Shown: positions 46,197-59,174 of the stretch, piece by piece
How the letters are laid out: each line of letters starts with the position of its first letter
Numbering within the stretch: the stretch's first letter is position 1
Source of the DNA: Bdellovibrionota bacterium
GTDB taxonomy: Bacteria; Bdellovibrionota; UBA1018; CAIPTA01; JAALKR01
Assembly: GCA_965207455.1 (NCBI GenBank)
Contig: CBDBMJ010000003.1
Location: 352,001-416,000 of the forward strand
Direction of reading: 5' to 3'
Length of the DNA: 64,000 bases
The notes under the pieces: generated by a model
Databases searched by the model: none
What the model saw: the letters and a program-made list of their open reading frames with translations, nothing else
Told to the model about the DNA's origin: nothing
Made by a program: the position numbers and the translations under genes

Positions 46197-46651
46197 CTCC
46201 CCAATTGACTCATAAAAATATGTGTCAAAATAGCTTTAAAAACAATAGATTGCGACTCCAAGAAAAACTTAGCATACTAAAAGAGTATGTTACATAGAGG
46301 ATCCACAACTTTATCATAGCAGCAGAGGGGTTAATTTTGTGGTTGTGGTCTATTTATGCAACAACACGATATTAAATTTGCAACTATATGTTTTTATTAA
46401 ATTAATTTGATTGCTTGGTCTCAAAGAGAGGGGTCGCCACACGCTTCCATGCTCTGCGAGCTCCTCTCACGTCAGCAAAAACATGAAATAAGTTGAAGTT
46501 ATTATGGGAGTTCTGCCGTTATTTAGAACGGTTATCTAACAAAACTCGCCTGACCGCTCGTCGTTAGCGAGGCACGCCTTAAATTAGAAAAAACGAGGTT
46601 TGCAATTAATGTGACACCGAAAAGAAGCGCCACATCATATATTTTTTATTT

Positions 46652-47041
46652 CTAAAGCGCACTATGTATAGAGTCTCTCAGGCTTTGGGTTATATTTTTG
46701 ACTGCCCGAGTTCTTTGCTTTGCCGTCAACTCGCTTGCTACGATATCCATCAGTTTGAGTGTCTCAACGAGCAAGAGGAGTTTTCCTTCTTTTGAATTCC
46801 CGATGCCGTAAAGGAGAGCCATAAAATAATAACTCTCTTCCTTTGTTAATCCCTCCATGCTGTTTTTTAGTATTTGCATTGTTTTGCCTTTTTCGTCTAC
46901 AGCCTTGAGCATATTTTCTGCAGTCAACTCATTAGCAGAACACACCCCCTCGTCAGACAACTCATCTTCTCCGTACGTGGGCGAAGCAGATACTCCTATA
47001 GCAAGTACTATTGTTATTATTGTTATTATTTTTTTACTCAT
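46652..47041 (-). CDS. Small secreted hypothetical protein
   Basis: AAGGAG upstream; signal peptide MSKKIITIITIVLAIGVSA. Confidence 0.6.
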   Translation of the reverse strand: MSKKIITIITIVLAIGVSASPTYGEDELSDEGVCSANELTAENMLKAVDEKGKTMQILKNSMEGLTKEESYYFMALLYGIGNSKEGKLLLLVETLKLMDIVASELTAKQRTRAVKNITQSLRDSIHSAL

Positions 47042-47230
47042 TGTTCCATTCTCCTTTTATTGTTCCTGTTAATTTTACTGCCAATTTGCGCTGTGCAAAT
47101 TAAACCTTGCGTTAATTTAAAGAGTGTGTCAAGCGTTATTCCGTTTTTTTCTACCGACAATCCGCTTCTTGCTTGAGGAAGAGGGGGAAAACTCGTATTA
47201 TGAAGGCTTAAACGAGGGTTTCTCCTATAC

Positions 47231-48079
47231 ATGGCGAAAGTAATTGCTATTATCAATCAAAAAGGCGGAGTGGGTAAAACAACCACAGCGATAAACTTGG
47301 CAGCGTCTTTTGCTGTCGCAGAGCACGAAACTCTGTTGCTGGATTTTGATCCCCAGGGGAACGCCACCAGCGGTCTGGGAATGTCCGATAAAATTAAAAA
47401 TAATAAAACAGTTTACCAGGCTCTCATCGGAGAATGCTCTTTGGAGGAAACGTTATTGCAAACGGAATTGTCGGAACTTTTTGTCGCGCCAGCGGATCGC
47501 AATTTAAGTGGAGCAGAAATAGAGTTGGTGGGAGAACTGGCACGGGAGTTTAAATTAAAAACAATGCTGGAACCCCTGTTAGATAAGTTCGACTATATAT
47601 TGTTGGACTGCCCCCCAAGTTTAAGCTTATTGACGATAAATGCACTAACGGCAGCAGACTCCTATCTTGTGCCACTACAAAGTGAATATTTTGCACTGGA
47701 AGGACTGTCTCAGTTGGAGTCCACCGTATCCTCCATTCAGAAATCATTAAATCCAGAACTAAAGCCAGAGGGAATTTTATTGACGATGTTTGATTCTCGC
47801 AACAACTTAGCAAAAGAAGTTTGCCAAGAGGCCCGAACCCACTTTGGAGATTTAGTTTTTCAAACACCCATCCCCCGAAACGTTCGCTTGAGTGAAGCTC
47901 CCAGCTACGGCAAACCAGTTTTGCTCTATGATATTGAGTCCAAGGGAGCAATGGCGTATTTGTCTGTGGCAAGAGAAATTATTCAAAATCAAGTGTCGGA
48001 AAAAAAACAAGCATCAACGTTTACCGAAACAAATATGCCTGGAAGAATGAATACATTTGAACAGGATCAAAGACTATAA
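47231..48079 (+). CDS. parA: Chromosome partitioning ATPase ParA/Soj
   Basis: [38 protein letters not shown]. Confidence 0.97.
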   Translation: MAKVIAIINQKGGVGKTTTAINLAASFAVAEHETLLLDFDPQGNATSGLGMSDKIKNNKTVYQALIGECSLEETLLQTELSELFVAPADRNLSGAEIELVGELAREFKLKTMLEPLLDKFDYILLDCPPSLSLLTINALTAADSYLVPLQSEYFALEGLSQLESTVSSIQKSLNPELKPEGILLTMFDSRNNLAKEVCQEARTHFGDLVFQTPIPRNVRLSEAPSYGKPVLLYDIESKGAMAYLSVAREIIQNQVSEKKQASTFTETNMPGRMNTFEQDQRL

Positions 48080-48093
48080 ATAGGAGGTAAGCA

Positions 48094-49011
48094 ATGGAAG
48101 AATTTTCAAACCTACGATTAAAAAAAGGCCCAGAAAAAGAACTGAGGAAGGGCCTAGGAAAGGGCCTTGCGAGCCTATTACCCGAACATACCACAGCTAT
48201 TGGAACGAGCAATACGGTATCGGGAAGAGTGTTGGGCATAAGCATGGTCAGCACCGACGCCATAGAGGTAAATACATTTCAACCACGCCAAGAATTTTCA
48301 TCCGAGAAATTAAAAGAACTTGCTGCCTCCATTGAAGCCAACGGTATTATCCAACCACTGATTGTGCGTAAAGTGAATGGTGCGCTTCATTTAATCGCCG
48401 GGGAAAGGCGACTTCGAGCCGCAAAAATGGCAGGCTTACAACAAATCCCAGTGGTGATTCGTCAGGGTACGGATAGGGAAGCTCTCGAACTTGCTTTGAT
48501 TGAAAATGTGCAAAGGGAGGATCTGAACTGTATTGAAGTGGGCTTGTCGTATTTTCAGTTGATGGAAGATTTTGGGCTCACCCAAGAAGAAGTGGCAAAG
48601 AGGGTGGGAAAAAATCGTAGCTCTGTTGCCAACCACACCCGTCTTTTGAAATTACCCGAAGAAATTATCGAAAGCCTAAGAAAGGGAACACTCACCTTTG
48701 GCCATGGAAAGGTACTTCTCAGTCTTACGGATACAGCACAAAAAATTCAACTCTATCGCAGTATTATGGAGCATAGACTCTCCGTTCGCGATACGGAGCA
48801 AAGGGCTTTGGAAATCCTAGCAGGAAAACCCAAGAAAGCAGCCAAGGGCATGTCCCCCGAACGGGAAGAATTACTTCACCTTTCCCAAAGACTGGGTCGC
48901 ACACTGGACACAAAAGTTGCTATCCAAGGCAAAGCCCAGCGGGGTACAATTGTTATAAAGTATTTTAACCGAAAAGATCTGGATCGTCTCAGCGCGATCT
49001 TATTGCAATAG
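48094..49011 (+). CDS. parB: Chromosome partitioning protein ParB
   Basis: GLGKGL, QPR, IAGERRLRA, ENVQREDL, HTH. Confidence 0.97.
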   Translation: MEEFSNLRLKKGPEKELRKGLGKGLASLLPEHTTAIGTSNTVSGRVLGISMVSTDAIEVNTFQPRQEFSSEKLKELAASIEANGIIQPLIVRKVNGALHLIAGERRLRAAKMAGLQQIPVVIRQGTDREALELALIENVQREDLNCIEVGLSYFQLMEDFGLTQEEVAKRVGKNRSSVANHTRLLKLPEEIIESLRKGTLTFGHGKVLLSLTDTAQKIQLYRSIMEHRLSVRDTEQRALEILAGKPKKAAKGMSPEREELLHLSQRLGRTLDTKVAIQGKAQRGTIVIKYFNRKDLDRLSAILLQ

Positions 49012-49018
49012 GAGGAAC

Positions 49019-49408
49019 ATGGCAAAAGCAAAAAAACCATCCGCACTTGGGGGAAGCTATGATCTCACAGGGGTGATCGATAAAGGCTCAGAATTTGAAG
49101 GCACCCTAAGTTTTGAAGGAACGTTTCGTATCGACGGTATTTTTCGTGGCCATATCTTTACCAAAGATATTTTAATCGTGGGAGAGGGAGCCACCGTTGA
49201 AGCCGAGGTAGAGGTTGGAACCCTTGTTATCAACGGCGCCTTTGTTGGAAATATCCGGGCAAGGGACAGAGTGGAGATTCATCGCCCGGCATCATTTCGA
49301 GGAAATATTGAAACTCCAAGCCTTATGGTGGACGATGGAGTTATATTTGAGGGAACATCTCAGATGAACCAGGGCGAGACGGAGAAAAGTGCCCCTGGGC
49401 AGGTATAA
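49019..49408 (+). CDS. Bactofilin (polymer-forming cytoskeletal protein)
   Basis: IDKGSEFEGTLSFEG...IDG...G.IETPSL.VDDG..FEG beta-helix pattern. Confidence 0.88.
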   Translation: MAKAKKPSALGGSYDLTGVIDKGSEFEGTLSFEGTFRIDGIFRGHIFTKDILIVGEGATVEAEVEVGTLVINGAFVGNIRARDRVEIHRPASFRGNIETPSLMVDDGVIFEGTSQMNQGETEKSAPGQV

Positions 49409-49495
49409 AAAACACTCTTCTCACCTCCATTCCTATTTTTGACGTGAAAAATACATTCCATACCGGCGCATTTTATGCTTATATTGGGCTGAATT

Positions 49496-49945
49496 ATGAT
49501 TGGAAATATATTAGGTCAGCTGGGTGTTGATAAAACCTTGTGGTTTCAGTTCGCACTGTTCCTAGTGGTTTATTTTTTTCTGAGAAAGCTTTATTTTCAA
49601 CCATTTCTAGCCCTCCTGGAGTGGCGCAAAAGCAATACAGTGGATAAGGTTGGGGAAGCCCAAAAAAGTGAGGCCCTAGCCCTAGAAAAGGAAAAAGAGT
49701 GCGAGAAGCTTCTATCCGCAGTTAAGCAAAAGGCAAGGGAGAGTGGAGAAGTTATTTGGACAGAAGCAAAAAATAAAGTAAGCGCGCAGGCAGAGGAAGC
49801 TCGTAAGAAAAATAAAAAGAAAATAGAAGAGGCAAGAACAAATAGCGCTAGGAACGCAAAAGAATCTGCGCAAGAGTTGGAACCCTCTGTGCAGAAGATT
49901 TCCCATCTTTTTTTAGACAAACTTATTAAGGGAGAAACAAAATAA
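49496..49945 (+). CDS. ATP synthase F0 subunit b'
   Basis: N-terminal TM helix + coiled coil; first gene of the atp operon. Confidence 0.82.
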   Translation: MIGNILGQLGVDKTLWFQFALFLVVYFFLRKLYFQPFLALLEWRKSNTVDKVGEAQKSEALALEKEKECEKLLSAVKQKARESGEVIWTEAKNKVSAQAEEARKKNKKKIEEARTNSARNAKESAQELEPSVQKISHLFLDKLIKGETK

Positions 49946-50412
49946 TGTCGGCCCTTCATTTAATTCCCTTTGGGATTAATTTCACAATAACAGTAACGGC
50001 TCTGTTTTTTATTTTGAGAAAACCACTAAGAAAGTTCGTTTACCAACGGCACGAGAAAATAAAAGATTTAGTTCATTTTGCAAATAAAAGTGAAAAGGAA
50101 GCGCAAGATCGATTAGAGCAGGCAGAAAAATTATTATCCACGATGAGCGAAGAGGAAAAAAGAATAACAGCCCAAGAAATAGATAAAGCGCAAAGAAGAG
50201 CCAAAAGCTTGCTCGAAAAAAATGAAGAAAGCGTTCGCCGGATGGAAGCAGATGCCCAAAGAATTATTGAAAACGAAGCGAGACAGTTGGAAGAAGCCCT
50301 TTTCCTTTCTCTATTGAATCGAGCAGAGGGAAGTGCGAAAGAAAAAATTTCCAGCACAGTGAAAGAAAAAGAACAAAAGGAACTGCTTAAAAAAGCAGTT
50401 AACCAATTGTAG
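49945..50412 (+). CDS. atpF: ATP synthase F0 subunit b
   Basis: INF...LRKPL TM helix + coiled coil. Confidence 0.82.
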   Translation: MSALHLIPFGINFTITVTALFFILRKPLRKFVYQRHEKIKDLVHFANKSEKEAQDRLEQAEKLLSTMSEEEKRITAQEIDKAQRRAKSLLEKNEESVRRMEADAQRIIENEARQLEEALFLSLLNRAEGSAKEKISSTVKEKEQKELLKKAVNQL

Positions 50413-50431
50413 GATTGAGAAAGAGGAGCGT

Positions 50432-50965
50432 ATGTCAGATCCAGCGGTAGTATATTCCAAAGCAATTTTTGGTTCTGCCCAAAAGCACGGGAAAGTGGAT
50501 AAGGTGGGCAAAGACCTTGCGAATTTCCATAATGTTTGTCTTCTCTCCAAGGAGCTGAGATCAGTTTTGTACTTTTCCGTATTTTCTCGCAAGGATCGCA
50601 ACGCCATAGTGAAGGAAATATGTAAAAAAATAAAAGTGTTGGACTTGAGCGAGAAATTTTTGTTAGTACTTATTGAGAAAAACAGAATGAACTTACTTGC
50701 CCAAATTTTAAACAAGTATATGAGTTTCGAAGATATGGCCTCCAATGCGGTTTCTGGAACCTTGTCTTCAGCATTTCCCATGGCCTCAAAAGAAGTGGAA
50801 GCTGTATGTAAGAAGATTGGGGAAAGATTAAACCGTAAAGTGAAGTTAGAAACAAAAACACAGGAAGCTCTTTTGGGCGGCTTTGTGGTAAATGTGGGTG
50901 GAAAGATATTTGATGCCAGTGTAAGCACACAACTGGCTCGATTAAAAGAACATTGCGTGCAATAG
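50432..50965 (+). CDS. atpH: ATP synthase F1 delta
   Basis: YSKAIF, LLGGFVV.VG.KIFDASV. Confidence 0.93.
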   Translation: MSDPAVVYSKAIFGSAQKHGKVDKVGKDLANFHNVCLLSKELRSVLYFSVFSRKDRNAIVKEICKKIKVLDLSEKFLLVLIEKNRMNLLAQILNKYMSFEDMASNAVSGTLSSAFPMASKEVEAVCKKIGERLNRKVKLETKTQEALLGGFVVNVGGKIFDASVSTQLARLKEHCVQ

Positions 50966-50982
50966 AATAGAGGAGAAATATA

Positions 50983-52491
50983 GTGAAACTACGGGCAGAA
51001 GAAATTACAGGTATTATTCAACGTCAAATAGAGAACTTTGAAACCAAGATGGAGATCGAAGAGACGGGTACGGTGCTAACCATGAGTGATGGCGTTTCCC
51101 GTATTTACGGCTTGGACAATGTACAGATGGGTGAGCTGGTGGATTTTGGCAATAACGTAAGAGGAGTTGTTTTAAATCTAGAGGAAAGCAGCGTTGGCGT
51201 AGCCATATTGGGAGATGAAACACTGGTAAAGGAAGGCACTGTTGTAAAACGTACGGGAAAAATTTTCGAGGTTCCCGTGGGAGAGGCCCTCTTAGGACGA
51301 GTGGTGAATGCCCTAGGAAAACCCATCGACGGCGGAGAGCCAGTATCCATAAAAGATTCCCGTAGGGTGGAAATCAAAGCTCCTGGTATTGTGGCCCGAC
51401 AAGGTGTGAGCGAACCCCTACAAACAGGCATTAAAGCCATTGATTCCATGATTCCCATTGGCAGAGGACAGCGAGAATTAATTATTGGCGATCGTCAAAC
51501 AGGAAAAACAGCAGTGGCTCTGGACACGATTATTAACCAAAAGGGAAAAAATGTTCAGTGTTTCTACGTCGCCATTGGACAGAAGCAGTCCACGGTTGCA
51601 CAAATTGTTAACCGACTGAAAAGGGAAGGAGCCATGGAGTATACAACGGTTATTGCTTCAACAGCATCCACGCCCGCACCTCTCCAGTTTATCGCACCCT
51701 ATACGGGGGTTACCATGGCAGAATATTTTAGGGACAGTGGTCGTCACGCACTTATTATTTATGATGATCTTACAAAACAGGCCCAAGCCTATCGTCAATT
51801 ATCTCTTTTATTGAGACGACCACCTGGACGAGAAGCCTACCCCGGAGACGTTTTCTACCTGCACTCCCGTCTATTGGAGCGAGCAGCAAAGCTTTCCGAT
51901 AAAATGGGAGGAGGAAGCCTTACTGCTCTTCCCATCATTGAAACACAGGCAGGAGATGTTTCTGCCTATATTCCCACAAACGTTATTTCTATCACAGACG
52001 GACAAATTTATTTGGAGTCCGATCTGTTTAACTCGGGACAAAGACCGGCTGTAAACGTGGGACTGAGTGTTTCCCGTGTGGGAGGAAGTGCCCAAACAAA
52101 AGCCATGAAAAAAGTGGCAGGTAGCCTTCGTCTAGACCTTGCCCAGTATAGAGAAAAAGCAGCCTTTGCTCAGTTTGGTTCTGACTTGGATTCAGCCACG
52201 CAAAAACAATTATCCCGAGGCGCCCGTCTTATGGAATTATTAAAACAAGGGCAATTTGCACCCCAAAAAATGGAGGAGCAGGTGGTGGGAATTTATGCCG
52301 CCAACCAAGGGGCCTTAGATCAAATACCCGTGAGCAAGGTTTTAGAGTTTGAACGAGAATTACAGGCCCACCTTAAAAATAAACACCCGGACGTTTTGCC
52401 GTCCATTGCTAAGGACGGAGCCATTGGAAAGGAAACAAAAAAACAGTTAGATGGAGCCATTGCGGTCTTCGCTGCTGAATTTAATAAGTAA
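50983..52491 (+). CDS. atpA: ATP synthase F1 alpha
   Basis: [32 protein letters not shown]. Confidence 0.99.
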   Translation: MKLRAEEITGIIQRQIENFETKMEIEETGTVLTMSDGVSRIYGLDNVQMGELVDFGNNVRGVVLNLEESSVGVAILGDETLVKEGTVVKRTGKIFEVPVGEALLGRVVNALGKPIDGGEPVSIKDSRRVEIKAPGIVARQGVSEPLQTGIKAIDSMIPIGRGQRELIIGDRQTGKTAVALDTIINQKGKNVQCFYVAIGQKQSTVAQIVNRLKREGAMEYTTVIASTASTPAPLQFIAPYTGVTMAEYFRDSGRHALIIYDDLTKQAQAYRQLSLLLRRPPGREAYPGDVFYLHSRLLERAAKLSDKMGGGSLTALPIIETQAGDVSAYIPTNVISITDGQIYLESDLFNSGQRPAVNVGLSVSRVGGSAQTKAMKKVAGSLRLDLAQYREKAAFAQFGSDLDSATQKQLSRGARLMELLKQGQFAPQKMEEQVVGIYAANQGALDQIPVSKVLEFERELQAHLKNKHPDVLPSIAKDGAIGKETKKQLDGAIAVFAAEFNK

Positions 52492-52511
52492 ACCAAGAAC
52501 AAGAGAATTTT

Positions 52512-53369
52512 ATGGCATCAGGAAAAGAACTCAGACGAAGAATTACCAGTGTGAAAAGCACACAGCAAATCACGCGAGCCATGAAAATGGTGTCGGCAGC
52601 CAAGCTACGTCGAGCCCAAGATAGGGTTATACAGGCCCGACCCTATGCTAAAGAAATCAAGAAGGTGGTGGGCGCATTAGCCCAAGACACCTCCCTAACA
52701 GAGTCTAGTCCACTCCTAGCGCCAAGAAAAGTGAAAAAAGTAAACGTTGTGCTTCTTACCTCAGATAGGGGACTGTGTGGCGGCTTTAATTCTAACTTGA
52801 ATAAATTTGCAGAGAAATTATATAAAGAGGAATCAGGAAACTTTGAAAGCTTTACGTTTACCTGTCTAGGCAAAAAGGGTTCCGAGTATTTAAAGTTGCG
52901 GAACGTGCCCATAGCGAAAACCTATGTCGATTTTTATAAAGACGCTGATTTTTCTAAAACAGCTGTTTTGGGCGAGGGTCTGATGGAATCTTTTCTACAG
53001 GGTGAGTTCGATGAACTGCGCTTGGTGTATGCCGAGTTCAAAAGCGCCCTATCTCAAATTATAAAACAAGAAACTCTATTGCCAATACCCGTATCTTCCG
53101 GGGAGAGTGAGTCCCATGATTTTATTTTTGAACCCAATAGCAAAATTATTTTAAGAAAATTATTACCTCGTTATTTTAAATCTTTATTATACAGGGCTGT
53201 ACTGGAGTCCACCGCTAGTGAGCATGGTGCTCGTATGGCCGCAATGGACAGTGCCACCACCAATGCGGGTGAGGTGATTCGCAAGCTAACATTACTATAC
53301 AACAATGTTCGCCAAGCAGGCATTACAAGTGAGTTACTAGAAATTACAGCAGGTTCAGAAGCATTATAA
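52512..53369 (+). CDS. atpG: ATP synthase F1 gamma
   Basis: ITRAMKMV, DRGLCG, RQAGITSEL. Confidence 0.98.
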   Translation: MASGKELRRRITSVKSTQQITRAMKMVSAAKLRRAQDRVIQARPYAKEIKKVVGALAQDTSLTESSPLLAPRKVKKVNVVLLTSDRGLCGGFNSNLNKFAEKLYKEESGNFESFTFTCLGKKGSEYLKLRNVPIAKTYVDFYKDADFSKTAVLGEGLMESFLQGEFDELRLVYAEFKSALSQIIKQETLLPIPVSSGESESHDFIFEPNSKIILRKLLPRYFKSLLYRAVLESTASEHGARMAAMDSATTNAGEVIRKLTLLYNNVRQAGITSELLEITAGSEAL

Positions 53370-54821
<1,452 letters not shown>

Positions 54822-54852
54822 GAGTTTTCTATCTCTTTGTAGTTATATAATT

Positions 54853-55251
54853 ATGTCATCTATTATTTTAAATATCGTTACGCCAGAAAAAAAAATAACC
54901 TCCGATCTGCCGGTGGAGAGTGTTGTAATTCCTGGAGAGCAAGGACAAATGACCATTCTTCCCGACCACGCAGATCTTTTAACAAGCCTACGACCAGGAT
55001 CCTTTGCCTATAAAGCACAAGGCAAGTGGACATGGGCATTTTTAAACGATGGTTTTGCCCAAATCCATAAAAATACACTCACCGTTTTAGCCGAAACCAT
55101 GGAGCTAGCCAAAGAAATTGACAAGGCCCGGGCACAACGAGCCTTGAGTAATGCCAAAGAAATACTAGAAAAACCAGGTAGCGTCGAATATGAACAAGCA
55201 ACGCTTGCTCGAGAGCGAGCAGAAGCACGCATAAACGTTCTTAATCAGTAG
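54853..55251 (+). CDS. atpC: ATP synthase F1 epsilon
   Basis: IVTPE, ILPDHA, EIDKARA. Confidence 0.95.
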   Translation: MSSIILNIVTPEKKITSDLPVESVVIPGEQGQMTILPDHADLLTSLRPGSFAYKAQGKWTWAFLNDGFAQIHKNTLTVLAETMELAKEIDKARAQRALSNAKEILEKPGSVEYEQATLARERAEARINVLNQ

Positions 55252-55415
55252 CATTTTTTCGTTTAGCTTATCCACTTGTATTTTTTGAATATCCATGACA
55301 AAGCTGTTTTTATCTGTTAAGAGGTAGAATTTTTTTTTGGAGTTCACTATTCATGAAGAAGTTCTTTCGATTTTTTGGATATTCGTTTACAATTACCTAA
55401 GAGGGCGATATCACC

Positions 55416-57461
55416 ATGGACGGGGAGATAAAAAGACAAAAGCACTATATTCAGCTATTTCTGTTGATCATTTTGACCAGCGTGTCCTTCGCCCTTGTTT
55501 CCAGGCACCACATAAACACAGTTTTTTTCAGCATAATTTCAGGATCGGAAAAAAAAATTACCCTATCTTTTCTAGAACCTTATCAGCAGTTTGAAAAGCT
55601 AGCATTAGAAAAAAGAATTATTAAAAAAGATGTGAGGAACATTGCCTTTGTATCAGAAGAGATGACAATAAATAGATATAAAAATCAATCAAGAACACAA
55701 AAGGTAGCCCAAAAAAGAATAGAGAGGCAAATACAAAGAAAAGTAAAAACCACTCGTATCTCTAAAAAATTAACGAAACAAGAGCGAGAAGAGTTGGACG
55801 GTTTATTGCTTGCAGATGCTAGGGAAGAAAAGAAAGAAGAAGCGGTGCTTATTGAAAAGCCCGTACGAATGGTATCTGCCGCACCAGAGAGGAATGGAGA
55901 CACAGCCGAAGAAAGGAAATTAGCATTTATCGAGGGAACACTTGGATCGGAAGCAGAAATGTTTTTAGGACATTTTGAAGTGGGTTTATACCAGTCCATT
56001 GATATATTGGGAAGACCCGTTGGTGCACCCATATCTAAGGTGATGGTAACGCCGCCAGAATTAACCTTTGCTCTTCCAGTATTGGATGGAGCCAGAGGCT
56101 ATTTATTTGCTCGTTACGAAGGAAGAAATAAAAGAAAAGAAACAACAGAATGGTCTGGGTACGCAAGAGAGCAAATTTTTTATGATGAAAACATGCCCTT
56201 TGTTGTTATACCAATAGAAAAAACTTCGCCATTTGGGATTGCCGCTACTAGAAAAGAATACAATGTTATTCGCGGCAAGGTTCGAGCAACATTTGTGGAG
56301 AACGGAGGACTTCTTCCCGTTACAGGAGCAAAAATTCGTTTGCGAGGAACAGAGGAAGAAACGTATAGCCACGGCGACGGTTCTTTTTCCTTAAATGTCC
56401 CAAAAACCAAGGGTCGTGTGCTTTTAGAAATATTAAAGCCCGGATACCTCCCTCGAATTAAGGAATTCGTTGTGGGAGGAAAGGAAGAGGCAGTTGAGTT
56501 AGTGAGCAGGAATGCTCTTGCGAGTCTAGCAGAAACATTGAGACTTAGTGTATCAGAAACAAAATCTGCACTTATCCTTGAGTCAAAAAGTGTTGACGGT
56601 CAGGGGCTCCCCGGAATCCGCTTTGATCTTAGCCTTAACGCCCAAGGGCCTTTCTATTTTTCTGCTGACGGCACGCCCGACAAGAGCTTGACTGCAACCA
56701 CATTTGATGGACGGGCCATATACTTTGATGTGGAGCCTGGTGTGGGTTTTGTGAAGAGCAGTGTTTTAGGAAAAGAAGTGGCAGCATTTGTTGTGTCCAA
56801 TATCGATGAAAATGAATTGTTGTATGAAGAAGTTTCCATTCGCAAAGGTAAGGTGAGCGGAAGACTTTTTGATCCAATTAATAAAAAAGACTCTGCACCT
56901 TCGCCTATTCCCTTGGCACAGGTGCGGATAGAAGGAAGTTCTGAGTGGACAGAATCAGATGCATTTGGTGCCTTTGAATTGCCGAACATATTTTTTGTGG
57001 AAAATAAAGAAATACTTATTGAGGTAAATGCCAAGGGTTACTATAAACATCGATATACTTTAAAAATTCCTCGAAAAAACGATAAGAACGAAAAAATACT
57101 CAATCAAAATCTTTATGCTTTCTCTCTACAGTATATAAATGATCTTGCTACAGCAGTGGGAATTAATTTAAATCCTAATAGAGGACTTCTGATGGGAAAG
57201 GTAAATAACAAGGAAAAAATTCGCATTGATGCTTTAAGTGAAAGCACAAACTATAATGAATCTAAAGACTATTATTTCAACAAGTCACAACTAATTCAAG
57301 GAGCTCATTCTTATACAGAACCGAAGCATGGGACATATGCCATATTTGATATGCCCCCAGGCAGAGTGCTCTTACAAGGAGTGAACAGTGCAGGGAAGCT
57401 CCGGTACTCGGAGATAGGCTATTTCAGCCCATCCACAGTAAATGTAATTCTAGGAAACTAA
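55416..57461 (+). CDS. Membrane-anchored hypothetical protein with carboxypeptidase-regulatory-like beta domains
   Basis: N-terminal TM; repeated G.V...P..GA.I...T..DG.F motifs. Confidence 0.6.
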   Translation: MDGEIKRQKHYIQLFLLIILTSVSFALVSRHHINTVFFSIISGSEKKITLSFLEPYQQFEKLALEKRIIKKDVRNIAFVSEEMTINRYKNQSRTQKVAQKRIERQIQRKVKTTRISKKLTKQEREELDGLLLADAREEKKEEAVLIEKPVRMVSAAPERNGDTAEERKLAFIEGTLGSEAEMFLGHFEVGLYQSIDILGRPVGAPISKVMVTPPELTFALPVLDGARGYLFARYEGRNKRKETTEWSGYAREQIFYDENMPFVVIPIEKTSPFGIAATRKEYNVIRGKVRATFVENGGLLPVTGAKIRLRGTEEETYSHGDGSFSLNVPKTKGRVLLEILKPGYLPRIKEFVVGGKEEAVELVSRNALASLAETLRLSVSETKSALILESKSVDGQGLPGIRFDLSLNAQGPFYFSADGTPDKSLTATTFDGRAIYFDVEPGVGFVKSSVLGKEVAAFVVSNIDENELLYEEVSIRKGKVSGRLFDPINKKDSAPSPIPLAQVRIEGSSEWTESDAFGAFELPNIFFVENKEILIEVNAKGYYKHRYTLKIPRKNDKNEKILNQNLYAFSLQYINDLATAVGINLNPNRGLLMGKVNNKEKIRIDALSESTNYNESKDYYFNKSQLIQGAHSYTEPKHGTYAIFDMPPGRVLLQGVNSAGKLRYSEIGYFSPSTVNVILGN

Positions 57462-58648
57462 GAACAAAACCCTTCTTTTCTAAGCGTACTTTTAGCAGAG
57501 AAAAAACCAATACGAACAATTTTTTCCATAAATTTTACATTTAAACTAAAGTGTTTTCCAAAAAACATCTGGTAGTCTTTTGGCCTTGGATGTATATATA
57601 TATATTTTGTTTTTGAATGAATGGCAAGTTTTTCTTCCATTATGCCGGTGATTTTTTTTCTATGCTTGTCCTCTATATCGTTATCCTTACAATACTGATT
57701 CACGGTCTCCAGAGCCACCTTTTTTCTGTGTCTCGTTTGAATGGAGGTTTGTATTTTTCTTTCAATAGAAAGATAAATGGCTTGGATACCAATGGCAGGT
57801 ATCCCGAACTTAGTCAACGAGCCAATCTCTTCTGAATAGTGATAGGGCTGGTGAGTATAGCTGGAGATAATCAGGTCGGCGCCTGCTGTTTCTGCCACAT
57901 TCACGGATAGGGTTTCTCGGATTTCACCGTCAAAATAATAGATCACATCGTTCGATTTATTACGGATTCCATAAGGAGCAAAAATGGGAGGAAAGGCAGC
58001 GGATCCAGCAACAGCATCGGATATAGAAACACTTGTATCATAGATGCAACCAAGGTCGTCCTCTGGCGTTGGATACTTTTTTTTGCAAAAAATAATTCGT
58101 TTGGGGTGATTTAGTTGAGTGGCAACAACAAATAAATCCGCATTATAGTCTGCAAAATTATTGGATGGGAGCACCTCCTTGATATGGAGATCTATTCCTG
58201 CTGTTGTACAAAAACCAGGACTGGTGATTAATTTTCCGTTATTTAATAAATTGAGCGCATAATCGGCAATGCCGATAATTTTGTTCTTCACACCGGATCG
58301 TTCTGCTTCATGGGTCGGTTTTTTCCGGCTCAGTAAGGTGGAATAGGAAATAGGCTCAAAAGGACGATTTTCTTTTTTTCTCTGAGTATAGGCAGTAAAA
58401 ATATCATTTACACTGTAACCGGCAGCAAGATAGGCAGAAATGCAAGATCCGGAGCTGGAGCCCACATAGGTATCAATATTTAGAGGGGATTTTGGCTGAG
58501 TAGGCATGTCCATGGTTCCTCCCTGAAAGCTAAATCCGGTCTCCTGGAGAGCAAGACATACGCCCAAGTGAAAGGCAGCGGCCTTTGTGGCCCCTCCAGA
58601 GCAAACAAAAGCAATTTTTTTAAAAGAACCGTTGGTCTTTTGAGGCAT
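57458..58648 (-). CDS. Patatin-like phospholipase
   Basis: SGGATKA, GSSSG, FPPIF, FDGE; start ATG 58648 or TTG 58684. Confidence 0.88.
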   Translation of the reverse strand: MPQKTNGSFKKIAFVCSGGATKAAAFHLGVCLALQETGFSFQGGTMDMPTQPKSPLNIDTYVGSSSGSCISAYLAAGYSVNDIFTAYTQRKKENRPFEPISYSTLLSRKKPTHEAERSGVKNKIIGIADYALNLLNNGKLITSPGFCTTAGIDLHIKEVLPSNNFADYNADLFVVATQLNHPKRIIFCKKKYPTPEDDLGCIYDTSVSISDAVAGSAAFPPIFAPYGIRNKSNDVIYYFDGEIRETLSVNVAETAGADLIISSYTHQPYHYSEEIGSLTKFGIPAIGIQAIYLSIERKIQTSIQTRHRKKVALETVNQYCKDNDIEDKHRKKITGIMEEKLAIHSKTKYIYIHPRPKDYQMFFGKHFSLNVKFMEKIVRIGFFSAKSTLRKEGFCS

Positions 58649-58763
58649 ACTTCCATTATGGTCTCCTAGAGAAAGGCTTGTCAAACAATGAATTATAAAG
58701 AGCTTTACATTTGCCTATCCAATTTTTAAACTAAAGGTAGGTTGAATATTCAGGAGGAAGAGT

Positions 58764-59174
58764 ATGACAAAAGAAAAATGGCTACCACTTACACAGTTTG
58801 CGATAAGGGAAGGGGTTAGCGTCTCCACCCTGCGTCGCAAAATTAAATCCAATAAAGTTACGTTTCGTTTGGAAGAAGGGCGCTATCTCATTCTATCAAA
58901 CGATAATGATATGGGAAAAAAAACAGAGAGAGATATCTTTCCTGTTCAATCCCAAGACAGAACCACACCAACAGTAAAGAAAAAAACGCATAAGATTGAT
59001 TTGTTGGAAAATGAAAAAGTACAACTCACATCAGCCGAATGGGATTTAAAATGGAAAGCACTGGAGGTTCGAGTAAATGGGCTAGTGAAAAAAGTAGAAT
59101 ATTTAACAGAGCAAAACTCTGAGTTGAATATGTTGGTAAGGATATTTGAAGAGAAGTTAGATGTTTCGTTATAG
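58764..59174 (+). CDS. HTH + coiled-coil hypothetical protein
   Basis: WLPLTQFAIREGVSVSTLRRKIK HTH-like start; C-terminal heptads; AGGAGG RBS. Confidence 0.7.
   Translation: MTKEKWLPLTQFAIREGVSVSTLRRKIKSNKVTFRLEEGRYLILSNDNDMGKKTERDIFPVQSQDRTTPTVKKKTHKIDLLENEKVQLTSAEWDLKWKALEVRVNGLVKKVEYLTEQNSELNMLVRIFEEKLDVSL

Noticed and set aside
46534..46569. Integron attC-like site (ATCTAAC...GTTAGCG)
   Set aside because: About 36 bp is too short, inner boxes are unclear and no integron integrase is present
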